From the human T2T-CHM13v2.0 reference genome, Homo sapiens: a DNA stretch of 64,000 nucleotides. The notes beneath the pieces are model-generated. The model was not told the origin of the DNA. It worked only from the letters and a program-made list of their open reading frames with translations, and did no database searches. Positions within the stretch are counted from its first letter, which is position 1; every line of letters starts with the position of its first letter. The DNA lies in assembly GCF_009914755.1 (NCBI RefSeq), contig NC_060939.1. One strand, written 5' to 3'. A program made the translations under genes and the position numbers. Positions 16,671 through 30,907 of this stretch are shown one piece after another.

Positions 16671-16862
16671 GACAGTTCCACCAGAAGACGATTAAGCCAC
16701 AGCCTCTAATTGGAACGGCATTTGTACAGTCAGAGACTCTTACCAGACATCTCCAGGAATCTGTGAGCCATTGTCAAAACGTCCATTTTCATCTGGCTGT
16801 GAAAGTGAGGACCACAACAGGTAGGTATTGGTAGAAACAGGAGTCCTCAGAGAAGCCCCAAG

Positions 16863-16973
16863 ATGCAGCCTGAGGGAGCAGAAAAGGGAAAAAGCTTCAA
16901 GCAGAGACTGGTCTTGAAGAGCAGCTTAGCGAAAGAAACCCTCTCTGAGTTCTTGGGCACGTTCATCTTGATT
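16863..16973 (+). CDS. AQP9: AQP9 coding exon 1
   Basis: MQPEGAEKGKSFKQRLVLKSSLAKETLSEFLGTFILI, then donor GTAAGT. Confidence 0.96.
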
Positions 16974-19170
16974 GTAAGTATTTCCTGATTTCCTACATTC
17001 AGACCCAATAATGCCTCCCTAGCTGCCAGGCTGGTAGTGGAGAGTTTTGTTTGGTTTGTTTTATTTAAGTTAATTGGGATCAGATTCATCTTTTCCAGGA
17101 AGAAACAAGTTACTAGAGGCTGTTTGACTATTTAGGGGTTGTGATATTAAGTTTTCAATTACCTATTGCATTTACCCACAAAAGTTGATGGGAATGGAAG
17201 AGAAGGAGTGAGTGAAGTGCCTTCTTTATTTCAGGTATTTACTTATACTCTAAAATGGCTTTGTGATTTAAAAGTCAGTCGTTAGTGTTTTCATTGATCA
17301 ATTGATTTGTACCCTGCTTGCTTCCTCCAAGCATTGGGGTGACTCAGCCACCTGGAATAAGCATCAATAGTCAATAAATATAGTTGGCAAAAATATACAT
17401 ATGGATGGCAAGAAACATCTCAGTATGACAAGTACTTGACAAGTATTGTGCTGTCAGATCACTTGATTTTTAAGAAATTAAAAATTGCACTAGGTAGAAA
17501 TAGTGTACCAGGCAATAGTCCAGCTTTAGTTTTGTGTCATTTTTGGTCTCTATTTAAAGCAAAGTAATCTCTAAATATCTTTGGAGATTTACAAGACAAT
17601 TACAAGAACCTTCTAGATATAAACGAGGGACGACTTCTAAGAACCTCTTGAGGATTGCCCAGAGATTTACTCAGCTATTAACAAGAGACTGGAAAGTTTA
17701 CTTAAGTGGTCTGGGCTTTCATTTTGCTGCACGTTCTAGCATTCTCTGTATCCTGAAGTTTTACCTGGAACCAGGCCATTTGTGAATAGAAATGTATTAT
17801 CATGTGGCAACTATTGATTTCAACTGGTTTTTTTTATCCTGCTTAAGGATTTCCTACTCCAGGTATAAATAATTTCATTTTCCTTAAAGTTATAGAGAAT
17901 AGCCCATAAACTCTGTGCATTAAAAGTTCTTTGCTTGGGGCAAATACATAATAATTTAGAAGAATAAGCTTGGAATGCATCAGCTAAGCCAAGAATGAGA
18001 AACAAATGTGAACTCAAAAAATTGAACTAGTGGAATGTGAAGAGAGAGTCATAAGTTTTCTGGTCTCTGAGAAACACATTAGACCAGATTCGTTACAGTA
18101 TTTTCAGGGAGTTACGGACAATTTCTTGCACTCCTCATCTTCCCTTGGCATTCATTCCTGGCTGCTCTGACCACACTCACTGTCATAATGTAGCAAGACA
18201 TTATGTAGTAAGACATTATGTAAGTAGTTATTTCTAACTAAAATAAAAGAAATAAAAGAGAGAAGATGAAAGTCAGTGATTCTTATGATTCCCGGTCACT
18301 GCTTACTGGAAAATCTTTCTTAGTGAGACTGAGACCCCTCTGTCATGTTACTTGACAATCTGGCCCCAAAGAAGCAGTTGTCAATACAGAGTGATTACAG
18401 CCTCACAGTGACGAGTGAGTCAGAAAAGTGAAGCAAATTCAGTTACAATTCTTAGTGCTCTGCAGAAAACAGAGGAGGAAATGAACTACACATCTTTTTT
18501 TTTTTTTTTTTGCAACCAAAAAGTTTAAAACCCTCTGTATTTCTTAAGAAGAACCTGTTTCATAATCCCGTGCTTTCTGTGTTGAAAGTGAAATTTGCTT
18601 TCAGCAGTTCACTGTTCAACTGGCCTTGTGTCTTCCCCACTATGCAAGGTAGGGGCTAAATAAAGAACATCTTGATATTGTCTGTTGAAAAATTAAAACT
18701 TGTATGTTCTGGATAAAGCCAGTCATTTCCTGAAATATTTAATTTCCATTTATACTATACATTTATTTTCTAAAGTGAACCCTAATAAAATCTGCAACCT
18801 TGATTATCATCTTCAGTTTTGTTGGAGCTTGTGGGGATGTATAAACAAAAAGTTCCTGCACAAACACAATTTTTTTAAACCAAGAAATCTACATGGTTTT
18901 GCTGAAAGTTTATCCAAAGTAATTTTCTGCTTTATTAGAGAATGTGCATTTTGCCTTGTATTTTCTAGTAAAAAGCTTTGTACATTGATAAGGCAAAGGG
19001 AAGGGGAACATCGAAAAGATGGCAGAGGATATAAAGGACTCAGTCTTTCAAATATGTGAGATTGTTTTTTTTCCGCCAACCTTGGGAGTCTGGTTCTATT
19101 TTTTTTCCCTCCTTTCAAAAACTGCTCTTATGGGGAGCATCTCAAACTAATCTAACACCATGGTATAAAT

Positions 19171-19241
19171 TACGGGTCCCCAACACATGGGCCACGGACT
19201 GGTACAGGTGGTCCCTGGTGCTAAAAGGTTGGGAACAGTTG
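19171..19241 (+). mobile_element. Minimal internally deleted MER1-like hAT-Charlie MITE (71 bp)
   Basis: Both termini present (..GGGTCCCCAAC / GTTGGGAACAGTTG) with 8-bp TSD GTATAAAT / GTATAAAG. Confidence 0.7.
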
Positions 19242-22200
19242 GTATAAAGGACTGATAAGGCCTACTGGTAGCATTAAGAGAAAAGAAGGTCCATGAAAAA
19301 TTCTTTATAAACTACAACTAAAACCAACAACAATTAAGTCATAAGCCAAAAAGCTAGCTCTAATTTGGCCTTTTAGTCATTGGGATAGGTAGGCCTTTCA
19401 CCTTTACTAGTGTGGGGGGAAAGTTTGCAATGCAAAAGGCTGATCTCTTCCTTGGGCTGAACTTCACAGAATCTCTAGTCATGTCTAGTCATTTCTCACA
19501 GGGACTATGCTCACTCCTACTACTCTATATATTCTCCTCTCTCTTCAAACTTTTCAGGATTCTTTGATACAGAGCTCATCTTATTGAAGATGCTGAAGTG
19601 AACAACCCAGCAAGCAGCTGTATTTCCTCCTGAGGTGGAAGGACAGCTTTCCAGGGCTGGACTTTTGAGTAGATAACATACTGTGTAGTCGGACAGATGC
19701 TGAATTCTTTTCTCACCCTGTCAAGCTTCCGCATTAGAGGTCTAACTTTTGGCATCTCTTAGAATGGAAAAAAATGCAAGTACTTCTGCTAAAAGTAGTA
19801 CCCTTGATCTTTACCTTCAGTGCCCTGAAGGAAATAGAAAGAAACTATCCTGGAACACAGACTATGGAGGAAATAGGGGAGTGGGCAGTACAGGAAGGAG
19901 GAAGGAAGGACAGGGATGGTTGATTGTATGTGAGAAATTTCAGACACTGCAGTGTTCCCTTCTTCCTGCTCCTACCTTCCACCAGGACTGGGTGAGAAAT
20001 CATCCCTCCTTGCTGGGGTCACAGAGTTTGTCTCTCCATTTTGAGAGGATTCTCAATCAGACATGCTGGTTATAGACACTCTAGGGCTTTAAAATTATTA
20101 TTACAAAGTTTGTTCAGATCTTGAAGTAGGTCTATTCTATCTTAGGGAGCTTTTGAGACAAAAGAATCTATGGTCAGGATTTAGAGTGAAATCAGAAAGT
20201 TTATAAGCCAAATTAAAGGAAACGTCCACTTTGCAGGGCAGAATCCAGGACAATTTTGGTCTAGTACATTATTTGGAATGCCCAGGTACTGGCAGGAGAG
20301 CTCTGAGATAAGGGTGGGCAGATATCACTGGCCCTTTTTATTGGTGGAGAAGCTGAGCTCAGGCTGATGTAATCATGCATCCCGGGAATCAGCCCAGAGC
20401 CCAGTTGCCCTGCCCTGGGCACACACTCGCCCTTGGACTTCCACTGTGCTCTTCCCTTGAGCAGCACAGAGTGTTCGCTTGTCCAAATTCTCGTTCCTGT
20501 TTGAATGTTTCCTGAAGAGAGAGAAAGGAGAGCGATCAACTGCATTTTGCCAGATGGAGAGACAAGTGTAACACAATTAAGAGACTTATCAGCCCTTGAA
20601 TGAAAGAGCTGGGCTTGGTATCTTGACTCCAGTCATTCCCTAATACCATCATTTGATGAGAATTAACTCCTTTCATGTGAAAGCCCAAGCGAACTTGACA
20701 AAGTTTACAGTTTAAAATACATTAGCAGTGTCAAAAGATGATTTTACAGAACAGACGTGATCGTGGTGGGGATATTTTACAGGAGATCTGCTAGCAGAGT
20801 CTTGGGATCTCTTCACCACCTACAAACACATTCAAACCTCAGGTAACACCAGGGTTCTGAGGTGGCTCAGTGATGTCTTCAGCTCTGATAAACACATTGA
20901 CCAAGCATTGCACTGTGTTTTTCCTCTAGTATTTCTGTTTTCTAGCTTTTCCTCAAGACCACTCTTTTGGTTCAGAGCAAAGGACCTATAGGAAAGTGGG
21001 CCTCAAGAGACCCCATAACTTCTCTGTCTTGCTTTCTGGCTCAACAGCCACCTATTCTTTCTCTGTTTCCTCCATGCTTGGTTCTTCTAGCTTGCTATTT
21101 TACAAAACCATCCATCTCTCCAAGTCTAGGGTGCCCAGGACTGAGGGTCACATGGAGCTAGAGCTGTCAGTTGGCCAACAGATGCTAGATCAGAAGCCCC
21201 TACTGTCAGCAGTGCCCTGGATTCTGCCTGTGGGTGGTTTGTCTGTCCAAGTCGTGCACCATCCTCAGGCCCTCGCTCAGAAACTTTGGAATAAGATGGT
21301 CTCTGTTGCCTGACTCTTGCATCATTCAATTGAGAGAACAGACACCCACAGTCTTGCAGCATTTTATCAAAAGCTCTTTCCACCACAGCAGAACATCAGA
21401 GGATGTCTACCGTCAGTTTTACCTGCCTCTTGTTATTATGATTTATGTTCAATGCTCAGTCCTTCAAGGATTGGTACTTCTGTACTTGGGAGTTCTGTCC
21501 CTTTAAGAACGTCTGAGGTTCTAAATCTGAACATGCAGAAGTGCTAAACACTGGGGATTCTCCTTAGATCCTTGCCTTGAAGCAAGAGTTTAAAGACTCG
21601 AGGCTGTCTTCTGTCAAATATGATGACGAGGACAAGAGAGGGCAAAGGAGGTTAACACTAAGCATACTCTATACCCCAGACACTTTGATCCTTAAACTAA
21701 ATCTAAACTAAATCTAATGAGGTAAAGATACTGCTCTCATTTTATAGATGAGGAAATTAGGACTTAGTATGTTTAAGTCACTTGACCACAAGCAAGTGTG
21801 TGGTGGAGCTGAGATTAGAATCAAATCTCTCCAGTTTCTCTTAACCACGCTACAGTTAACATTCTAATATATGCTTTTGAAGTTTTACTACAGTTGCCTA
21901 TAAGAATATATATTATAGTTTTATATGTTTAAAAATTTACATATATAGCTTCATAGCTTATACATCTTCTCCAATTTGAGACTTTTTCCCAGAGACACTT
22001 TCTGAAATTTATTAATTTGGGAACATGTATGACTGGTTTATGTACCCATCGCCCTCTCACTATTGATTACAATCACCAAGACTGCTACATTGAACATCTT
22101 GGTACATGTCTCCTTGTACACATGTTCACGAGTTTCTCTGGAGTATATACCTAGAAGAGGACCTGGTGGTCCTAGGGTATGTGCATCCTCAACTTTATGT

Positions 22201-23030
22201 GTATTATAAAATTGCTCTCCAAAGTGATTTCAAAGTTGTACTTCCAGTAGCGACATGAGTTCCCATTTATCACATACTCAACCATCCTTGATATCATCCA
22301 ACTTTTATATTTTGCTAATTTGAGAGAGAGAAAAATGGAATTTCACTAGTAATTGTACTCAATTCCAGTGCAGTGATTATCTTTTCATGTATTTACTAAA
22401 CGTTTAGGTGCCTCTTTTGTAAATTGCCTGATTACAGCCTCTGCACCTTTCTCTTTGGGATACTTTACTTTTTCTTAATTGTTATAGGATATTTATATTT
22501 ATTTTAAATCCATACATTAAGGTATTTTGTGTTTTCTTATTGAGGTTTAATATTTTGCTTTTCATATTTGTGTCTTTAAATAATTAGAATTTATTTGGTG
22601 TATGATGTGGGATTGGGGTCTATTATCTATGTCTGCAAGGATAGACAATTGTCCCAAGGCCAGTTTTGACTGTCTATCTTTTCTCCACTGATTGTGATGA
22701 CATTCCTATCATACACCTGTTCACACGCATATGTGGTTCTATGCCTAGACTATTCAGTGCCATTGATCTGTTTGTCCAAACTTGCACTACCTCATATACC
22801 ATTTTTTTTGTTGTTGAGAACATTGTTTGTTGTTGTTGTTGTCTTTCTACTTTTATTACCAAGGTTATATTAGACTCATGAAATGAATCAAAATTTTCCC
22901 TTTTTTTCTATTTTCTGGAGCACTTTGTAAAATGGGAGTTATGTATTTCTTGAAGATTACTCAGCATGTGCACGAAAAAAGAGAGGGATGGACAGATGAC
23001 AAGAAAAATTTCTTTAAAAGTTACAGGTCT

Positions 23031-23382
<352 letters not shown>

Positions 23383-23456
23383 TTAAAAAGAAGTTTGTTT
23401 TCCATTTCAGTAATTTCTGCTTTGATCTTCCTTATGTCCTCCTATTGAGTTGATCA

Positions 23457-23798
<342 letters not shown>

Positions 23799-26179
23799 AT
23801 TACCCATATATATATATATTTTTTAACTTAAAGTAAATCAATTTTTCTTCTGAACAACACAAAAACTTTAAAAAATTCTAACTCCAATCAACCACTCTAT
23901 CTTACATGTCATTGTTGTCTAACATTTAAATTTTTCCCTCATTATTATTGTTGTTACTGGTGTTTTAAAATAAATATTTTTGTTTGCTTATTTAAAAATG
24001 CATTCCTATCATTTACTGGTTTATTTGCTAATCATTACTGCATACACCCACTACTTTCTCTTGGGTTCTGTCTCCTTATTCTTGCAGTTCTTCCTTTAGA
24101 AAATTTTTCAGGAAGGGTGTGTGACAGATGAACTTTCTCAGTCTTTGTCTGAATGTGTCTATTTCATGCTCAAGGTTGAATGATAAATTAGCTGATACAT
24201 TTTAGGTTGATAATTATTTTTGCTTGGCATTTTTCAGGTGTCTCTGTCATTTTTCCAATGCCTCTGTTATTGCTGTTCACAAGTCTCTGGGTCTCATTTT
24301 TGTCCTTAATAATCTGAATTTATCTGGTAACTAATAAGAGTTTCACTTTGTTTTTTTATTTTGAAATTTCACTATTATGTGCCTAGAGGTGAATTTATTT
24401 CTAGTTCTTAACTCATTTTTCATCTTCAATTTAAAGGGTTATAATATTTACCAATTCTGGAAAATTTTCCTCTTTATTACCTTGCCTTTCCCCCAGTCTG
24501 TTTTCTCCTTTTAGAACTCCTACTATATTGGTATGCATGTTGACTCTGTCATTTTTTTATGCCTCAACCATTTTTTTCATATTTCTTCTCTTATTCTCTT
24601 AATCCATGCTGAATTTTGTATAGTTGCTGTTTGAAATCTATCTTTCAGTTCACCAATTCCCTATTTGGTTCTATCTAATCTTCTGTTTAACACGTTCATT
24701 GAGTCTTTAGTTTCACTATCTTTTCATTTCTATATGTTTTATTTGGTTCTTTTTTTCTTTTAGTTTCTTTTCTTGTGTGCTTATTTCTTTCATTTCCTTA
24801 ACTCACCAAAGCCTAATATATTTATAATATTTTAAACCTGTTCTGTCGTCTCGAGTTGCGGGGGAGTGAATCATTCTGCCTATTTTATCTACTGACTCTT
24901 ATTCATAAAGGATCTTTTCCTTTAGTGTTTTATACATCTGTATTATAAATTCTTCAGGGAGATTTATTTTTCCCTGTGGGAATTCCACGTGGCCTAAGGT
25001 GTGGATTTGTTCTTCCAGAGCAGGTTTGCATTTGCTTCTGCTGGGTTCCCCAGGTATACCGCCAGCCAGAAATGATTGCTGTGGAGTGGCAAACTGAAAA
25101 GAGAAGCCTGGGGGATGCAGGTGCCTGTTGAAGAGCACTCTCCCAAAAGAACGGCACTCTGTGACCTTTCTCCCAACTGTGACCGTAAATGACTAAGAGA
25201 CCTCGTGCTTCCTACAAATGAGGCCAGCTCTTTTGACATCCTTAGACTTTGAGTCACTAGCAGCTGAGGGAGAATTTTCCTACAGACTTCCCCCTATCAG
25301 CAATGAACGTGGAGGACCAGGCTCACCTGGGAAATCTTACAGTTTCAAGGCGCTTGGGAGAAAAGTCCGTTCTGGATCACTGATCTAAGGGCTGCAGACT
25401 CCTGGAGCCAAACTTGATTCTGCCAAACAGGATTCTGCTTCTGATTGTGAATTTTAATTTTACCCAGAAAACTCACTGTTTTCATTGACTTTCAAAGGGG
25501 AAGTATTTTTTTTTTCTACTTTCCAGAAGTGGGTTTCGTCAGTTTTTCTTTAGTGACGAATCCCATTGCAACATGTTCTCATTACTTGACGAGAAAGGAA
25601 AACATACTAATGAGAGCAGAAGTTGGCCCTTATTTACTCATCAGCCCTGTGAAAGTGACCTAACAACCCACAGATGGTTCAAATGGCTGAAGCAGTTCAA
25701 CCGTGAAGAAATTAGGTGCCCATTATACCTCCAGCAGGCATCTAATTTCATGTCTGGGGCAGGATTGCTGAGTTCACTGAAACTTCTAAGCAAAGCAAGT
25801 GATTTAAGAGAAACTATGCCAGCAAAGTGTGCCGGCCCTGCCCCTTGCCCTTTTCTCCATCTCAGTAGCTTGGCTGGTCATGCTAAGATGTGAGCCTAGA
25901 ACAGTCAGTCAAGACCATAAACGACTTGAAGGCTTAGTCCCTCTCAGCGCACATGCCTTAGAGTCTTTCTGGAAATTCAAGCTTTCTTATGAGAGTACCT
26001 CCCGAAAACCCTATGCTTCTATCAACAGGTGATTGGTTAAAAAAATGGGGGTGCATCTATGCAAGACTCCTATTTACCCATTAAATAGAAGGTTTACATG
26101 CTAATACAAAAATACTCTAAGCTATTCAAGTAGAAAAAGCAGGCAGAAATGGTATGTGTTAAATACCCTCACCTGTATA

Positions 26180-26240
26180 AACACATGCACACACACACAC
26201 ACACATATACATGCACACACACAGAGGCACATGCACACTT
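26180..26240. repeat. Imperfect (CA)n microsatellite
   Basis: ACACATGCACACACACACACACACATATACATGCACACAC. Confidence 0.8.
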
Positions 26241-26451
26241 TTTGACAACATACCAGGAAGTATTGATATTAGTTACCTGTGGAGAATAATATTTAAAATC
26301 TGGGGTTGGAAGGAAACACATTTCTTATATTTTATAGTATACCCTTTTGAAATTTAAAAACTTGTACATATTCATATGTATTTTCTTCACCCCCTTCCTC
26401 CCCATGAGAGAGCTCACCCAGTAGAGTATGTCTTTTCAAAGCATTTTTGTA

Positions 26452-26745
26452 GGGAGTTGCTCAAAATCTGTTCTGAAAAACACTAGTTCCAAAAGATGCA
26501 AACAAGAATTAAGTGAAAAAAATACATGTGGTCCTTCCCAAATATGTTTGGGAAACACTGGGTTAAACCAAAATAAGCAGTTTTCTCAACTGCAGGAATT
26601 ATCAGAGCCTTTAATGTTCTCTGTAAATCTCTAAGAGGGGAACAGAATGTAAAGCTGTCTTCAGCTCTACTTAACCACAAACCCCTTTTTTGAGGAGCAT
26701 CTAATGGAACTAATGATCTGTGAAACATACTTTGAGATTTGCAGA
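26452..26745. mobile_element. hAT-Charlie-like MITE remnant with imperfect terminal inverted repeats
   Basis: 26461-26499 (TCAAAATCTGTTCTGAAAAACACTAGTTCCAAAAGATGC) resembles the reverse complement of 26697-26735. Confidence 0.5.
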
Positions 26746-28508
26746 CCCTGGAAACACATCAGTCCTCAGAACTCCTCCATATGCAGAGATCTCCCAGGTT
26801 GAGAGTGACAAGAGGCGGCCTTGGCACTGTTGGGCCCTGTGGGTAGAGGGAGAACTGTCCTCAGCAACCCCCACTCACACACAGCCCACTCAGAGTCACA
26901 GTTATCCTGATGCAAACACAACTTAATTAATAAATGCTTCATTCATTTCTTATTCTGGTCCTTGGGATGGTGATCAAGTTCCCATCCAGGTCAGCATTTG
27001 GGATGAGTTGAGGGATGTGAATGCCTGGTGAGGTCAGAAAAGGAGAGCATTGTTCTTTTCAGCCCAGTAGAGATAGTGGAGTTCAATCACCTCTCCTTTC
27101 TGAGCTCTGAGTTGGTTCTTGGTGCTTTTTTCTACTTGGAGAGCACTGAGGCTGGCCATGTTCCCATTCACCTGGCTCTCAAATTGCAGATTCCTCTCTT
27201 TTTATGAGCCTGCCCTAATATCGCCTCTTTTCAAGTACAGCTGGTTCTTGGGTGATTGACCTCTTCCTGATATTCTGTCAGGCTGCATGCCACCACATAT
27301 TTTATTTTTAGCCAGAAGATCCAGGTTTCAGTCTTGGTTCTTTGTGACTGTTTTTGTTATGACTGAGAAAGTTTTATTTTGCAATTGGAAAACTAACTGA
27401 CAGGAAAGCTGTGCATAAATCTGTACTCTGTGCTAATAAAGGAAACAGGCTGACCCACAGAGGCAGCAGCAGTTGTCACAGGAGGAACACTGGGATGGGA
27501 ATGAAAGAATCTGGCTCCAGATTCAGAAACTGTCACCTATTAGCAATAGGTCTTGTATCAAGTCACTCAGACTTTCAGTTTTTAACTGGGGATGAAGTAT
27601 TGGGAGGACTCACAGAAGTAAAGTGCGTGAGAGTGCCTCACCATGGCGCAAATGCCATGTGAATGTTTCCTCCTTCACCTATTGCTGGTCAAAATCATGT
27701 GCAGTCAAACCTTGGCCCCAGCACGTACCACTTATGGGAATGTGAGAGCAATTCTTTTAACTTCTCTAAGCTTTGGTTTCCTAGTTTGTAAAATGGAGAC
27801 AGAAAGAGAGCCTTAGTCATAGGTCATTGTGAGGACTGATGGGCTAATGCATGGAAAGTGCTCAACTCACAAAATTTACTCAATATAGATTAGTTGTTAT
27901 TGGTATTATTGTTATCTTCATATGTTCAAAAGGCTATAGTCACATAAGCTGAATAGGAGGGAATAAACAGGTGGAGTAGGATGGATGGGGGACTTCTCTA
28001 ACACACACCTATAGCACAGGCTGGAGGGCCAAGGTTTGCAGAGAGTGCTGTGCTGACAGATTGCCATGGATTCTCCTTCCTCTCCAGTTACAAACTTATA
28101 GGAGCAGGGAAGCCTCTGGTAAGCCCTAAATGACTCCCTTCTCAAGAATGGGGATTGTGTTTTTTGGAAACACTATGGCCACCACGTTAGACAAAGTTTT
28201 GCCTATAGGCAGTCCTTCCTTTGATGGTAGCCACAGATGCTTTCTCCAGGAGCTAGGACTGCATCCCAGCCCAGGTGTGTTATCACCATGGTATCTGCAA
28301 GGCCAGGAAATCACTGGCACCAAAAGCTTAATGGTTTCCTCTTCCCAGACCTTAAGACAGGAGTCAACAGCTCCAAAGGTAAGTGAGACCGAACAGGCAA
28401 CACATATGAGTGATGTGGGCATGGTGGGGTTGCAGGGAAATGGATAGCGTATGCCCTGTCTCAGAGGGGCATTTGCCATTCAGACCCACTCCACTGTGGC
28501 CTTACCCC

Positions 28509-28861
28509 ATTCTTGCATCAGGAGTTTCAATTACTTGAGCTCACCACAGCCTGATGGAAGGTAGTCGCCATCGCAATTACCTTAGGCATATACTTCACCC
28601 TCCTACAAGTTTCAGAATATTCCAAGGCCCCTTTTACTATCTCTGATGGAATTTATGGCTCAACATTCTTTATAGCCACAGGCTTTCATGGACTTCACAT
28701 CATTATTCGGTCAACATTTCTCACTATCTGCCTCCTCTGCCAACTAAAATTTCACTTTACATCTAACCACCACTTTGGCTTTGAAGCCGCTGCCTGATAT
28801 TGACACTTCATAGATATAGTAAGACTATTCTTATATGTCTCTATCTACTGATGAGGATCCT
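28509..28861 (+). pseudogene. MT-CO3 pseudogene, 3' part
   Basis: GCATCAGGAGTTTCAATTACTTGAGCTCACCACAGC (ASGVSITWAHHS) ... GCCACAGGCTTTCATGGACTTCAC (ATGFHGLH). Confidence 0.9.
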
Positions 28862-28929
28862 ACTCTTTTAGTATAAGCAATACCATTGACTTCCAATCAA
28901 TAAGCTTTGATAATATTTGAAAAAGAGTA
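28862..28929 (+). pseudogene. mt tRNA-Gly pseudogene
   Basis: ACTCTTTT...AAAAGAGTA acceptor stem, TCC anticodon (GACTTCCAATC). Confidence 0.85.
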
Positions 28930-29260
28930 ATTAGCTTTACACTAGCCCTAGTGACCGACACCTTACTAGCAATTACATTTTGACTCCCATAACTTAATAT
29001 TTATATAGAAAAATCCAGCCCTTATGAATGCGGATTTGACTCATTAACCTCTGGCCACCTTCCTTTCTCTAGAAAATTCTTCCTAGTGGTCACCACATTT
29101 CTCCTGTTCAACTTAGAAATTGCTCTACTACTGCCCCTGCCATGAGCCCTTCAAACAAACAACCTGACACTAATAATCAGCACAGCCCTTATACTAATTA
29201 TCATTTTAATCCTAGGCTTGACTTATGAATGAACCCAAAAAGGATTAGACTGAATTGAAT
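28930..29260 (+). pseudogene. MT-ND3 pseudogene
   Basis: CCTTATGAATGCGGATTTGAC (PYECGFD); premature TAA at 28990-28992. Confidence 0.9.
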
Positions 29261-29327
29261 TGGTAGATAGTTTAAGTTAAAATAAATGATTTCGACTCAT
29301 TAGATTATGATAGACTATATTTACCAA
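29261..29327 (+). pseudogene. mt tRNA-Arg pseudogene
   Basis: TGGTA...TACCAA ends, TCG anticodon (GATTTCGACTC). Confidence 0.85.
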
Positions 29328-29623
29328 ATGCCCTTTATTTATATCAATATTATATTAACATACACCATAGCATTGCTGGGAATATTAGTCTATCAATCCC
29401 ACTTAACATCATCCCTATTATGCCTAGAAGGTATAGTATTATCAATACTCATTATAATTATTCTTATAACTTTAAATATACATTTCACTCTAGCATCCCT
29501 AATCCCATTAGCCTCCTATTATTTGCGGCCTGCGAAGCCACAGTATGCCTTGCCTTACTAGTTTCAATCTCCAACACATACAGCCTAGATTATGTACAAA
29601 ATCTAAATTTACTTCAATGCTAA
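29328..29623 (+). pseudogene. MT-ND4L pseudogene
   Basis: MPFIYINI...SSLLCLEG and FAACEA...NLNLLQC lie in different frames (frameshift). Confidence 0.9.
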
Positions 29624-30804
29624 AAGTTATTATTCCAACAATTATACTGTTACCACCAACATGACTCTGTAATAACTCCATAATCTGAATTAACATAACT
29701 ATCCACAACCTATTCATCAGCCTCATTACTATATCTTACCCAATTAAATGATAATTCATCTAACTTCTCACTAACTTTCTCCTCTGACCCACTAACATCA
29801 CCCCTTCTAATCTTAACAACCTATTACCTCTTGTAATTCTAGCAAGCCAACATCACCTTTCTAATGAGTCACCCCCACAGAAAAAACTCTGTAATAGTTC
29901 TCTTCCCCTACTTATCACATTTACCCATACTCAAAATACCTTGGGTTCACTAAACATAATAATAATAATAATATTTACCACCCAAGAACTATTAACTTCC
30001 TGATCTAATAATCTTATATGACTAGCATGTATTATGACTCTCATAGCAAAAATACCTCTATATGGACTTCACCTATGACTCCCCAAAGCCCACGTGGAAG
30101 CCCCTATTGCTGGCTCAATAGTACTTGCAGAGGTACTCCTAAAGCTAGGTGGCTATGGTATTATACGGCTTACCCTTATCCTCAACCCCCTAACAGAATA
30201 TATAGCCTACCCCTTCCTCATATCCTTATGGGAAATAGTTATGACAAGCTCTATTTGTCTATGACAAACGGACTTAAAATCACTATTGCATATTCCTCCA
30301 TAAGCCATATAGCACTTGTTATTATGGCTATTCTCATTTGAACCCCTTGAAGCTTTACAGGTGCAGTCACCCTTATAATTGCCCATGGAGTCACTTCATC
30401 TTTACTATTCTGCATAGCAAATTCAAACTACGAGCGAGTCCATAGCCGAATTATATTACTTATCTGAGGCCTTCAAACACTGCTTCCACTAATAGCCTCT
30501 TGATGACTTTTAGCAAGTCTTACTAACCTTGCCTTTCCCCCTACTATTAATTTAATAGAACTCTTCATCACTATGGCTTTATTCTCTTGATCAAACATCA
30601 CCATTATGCTTATAAGACTTAATATACTAATTACAGATCTTTACTCCCTACGTATACTAATCACAACACAATGAGGGACACTTGTGTATTACATTAACAG
30701 TATTAAATGCTCATTTACACAAGAAAATACATTAATACTTATATACCTTGCACCTATCTTTCTATTATCCTTAAACCCTAAGATTATTATGGGGTTTGCA
30801 TACT
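29617..30804 (+). pseudogene. MT-ND4 pseudogene with internal deletion
   Basis: ATGCTAAAA start overlaps ND4L; [12 protein letters not shown] motif; ~1190 bp vs 1378 bp in human mtDNA. Confidence 0.9.
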
Positions 30805-30873
30805 GTAAATATAGTTTAACCAAAACATTAGATTGTGGATCTAATAACAGAAGTCTGAAACTTCTTATCTACT
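30805..30873 (+). pseudogene. mt tRNA-His pseudogene
   Basis: GTAAATATAGTTTAACCAAAACATTAGATTGTGGATCT, GTG anticodon. Confidence 0.88.
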
Positions 30874-30907
30874 GAGAAAGTATGCAAGAACTGCTAACTC
30901 ATGCTCT
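30874..30907 (+). pseudogene. mt tRNA-Ser(AGY) 5' half; remainder and tRNA-Leu(CUN) deleted
   Basis: GAGAAAG...GAACTGCTAACTCATGC joined directly to ND5-like sequence. Confidence 0.75.

Noticed and set aside
28126-28479. Overlapping 105-aa and 117-aa ORFs just left of the NUMT, possibly ERV internal sequence
   Set aside because: No recognisable gag/pol/env motif and no second LTR or TSD found, so the NUMT cannot be said to lie inside a provirus
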